A stretch of DNA of 61,585 bases from the NCBI GenBank assembly GCA_037440145.1, contig JBBIUR010000020.1:1-61585 (forward strand), given 5' to 3'. Made by a program: the position numbers and the translations under genes. Under the pieces are notes generated by a model. The model did not search any database. It saw only the letters and a program-made list of their open reading frames with translations, and was not told the DNA's origin. Numbering within the stretch: the stretch's first letter is position 1; each line of letters begins with the position of its first letter. The stretch is from Myxococcales bacterium (GTDB lineage Bacteria > Desulfobacterota > Binatia > HRBIN30 > BPIQ01). Positions 61,055 to 61,585 of this stretch are shown here, piece after piece.

Positions 61055-61585
61055 ATGGCGCATGCGGAGAGGCGAGACATCGAGGCGACAGGCCGAAAGC
61101 TGCAGGAATGGTTCGCGCGCACGCTGGGAGAGGCGCGCCGTGTCGAAGTCGACGGCCTGCGCGGCCCTTCGGAGACGGGCTTTTCGAGCGACACGCTGTT
61201 GTTCGATCTGCGCTGGGAGGACGCTCGAGGGCCGCACAGCGAGCCGCTGGTCGTTCGGCTCGAGCCCACGGGGTTCCCGATTTTTCCCCGCTACGACATC
61301 CCGCTGCAGTGCCGGCTGCTGCGGCTTCTGGCTGCCACCGACGTGCCGGTCCCGCGCGTGCGCTGGCTCGAAGAGGACCGCAGCGTGCTGGGCGTGCCGT
61401 TCTACATCATGGAGCGGGTGCCCGGCCGCGTTCCCCCTGACATCCCCCCGTACCACACCGGCGGCTGGATTTCCGAATTGTCGCCCGCCGAGCGCGAGCG
61501 GTTGTGGTGGAACGGCCTGGACGCCATGGCGCGGGTGCACCGGCTGGATTGGCAGAAACTCGGGCTCAGCTTTCTGGACGAGCCG
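61055..61585 (+). CDS. phosphotransferase (APH/ChoK-like kinase fold) family protein, 3' end outside the window
   Basis: Not in the supplied ORF track because it has no stop in the window. ATG 61055 follows a G-rich RBS (GGGGGGGGGAG). The open frame runs to the window edge (177 codons). Motifs GFSSDTLLFDL, LVVRLEP and VPFYIMERVPGRV are typical of the N-lobe of this family. Confidence 0.65.
   Translation, partial: MAHAERRDIEATGRKLQEWFARTLGEARRVEVDGLRGPSETGFSSDTLLFDLRWEDARGPHSEPLVVRLEPTGFPIFPRYDIPLQCRLLRLLAATDVPVPRVRWLEEDRSVLGVPFYIMERVPGRVPPDIPPYHTGGWISELSPAERERLWWNGLDAMARVHRLDWQKLGLSFLDEP

Noticed and set aside
1-61585. Search for rRNA, tRNA, CRISPR repeats, integrases, transposases, inverted terminal repeats, toxin-antitoxin pairs or phage genes.
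   Set aside because: Nothing recognisable was found. Intergenic space is minimal and all sizeable ORFs are metabolic enzymes, so the region looks like core or accessory catabolic chromosome rather than a mobile island. The only repeats seen are the gene paralogue families described above.

Overview
Strongly GC-rich bacterial chromosomal DNA, almost entirely coding. I see no rRNA, tRNA, CRISPR array, integrase or transposase. I call 44 genes in three blocks.
- Block I (+ strand, nt 1-8771): two radical-SAM-like paralogues, an SDR, molybdoenzyme A1, transketolase and an LLM oxidoreductase.
- Block II (- strand, one uninterrupted ~31 kb gene train from 39784 down to 8886): hydantoinase A and B, a LUD+CCG Fe-S protein, a four-cluster ferredoxin, aldehyde:ferredoxin oxidoreductase, a nitronate-monooxygenase-like protein, a fused double CoA-transferase, molybdoenzyme A2, a second fused double CoA-transferase, a double-hotdog hydratase, an SDR, two LLM oxidoreductases, a PNPOx-like protein, EtfA, a membrane Fe-S/CCG oxidoreductase, an EtfB-like protein, a FadH-like reductase, an acyl-CoA dehydrogenase (ACAD), an amidohydrolase and an alpha/beta hydrolase.
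- Block III (+ strand, 39922-61585): an SDR, a MoaD/ThiS-like GG protein, decayed molybdoenzyme A3, intact A4 and A5, two CrtI-like flavoproteins, an ACAD pair, an Ltp-type thiolase with a DUF35 protein, a FadA-type thiolase, an ACAD with an in-frame TAA, two SDRs, an LLM oxidoreductase and a 3'-truncated APH-type kinase.
Blocks II and III diverge from a 137-bp control region. It carries back-to-back TTGACA promoter boxes and two copies of a perfect palindrome (CTGGTC-T-GACCAG).
The best candidate for something new is the family of five paralogous Tat-signal NarG/EbdA-type molybdopterin catalytic subunits. None has a beta, gamma or chaperone gene anywhere in the window, and all sit inside CoA-ester/beta-oxidation operons. 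One of them (A2) is translationally coupled on both sides to tandem-fused family III CoA-transferases. All functional calls come from motif recognition by eye; no database search was possible.
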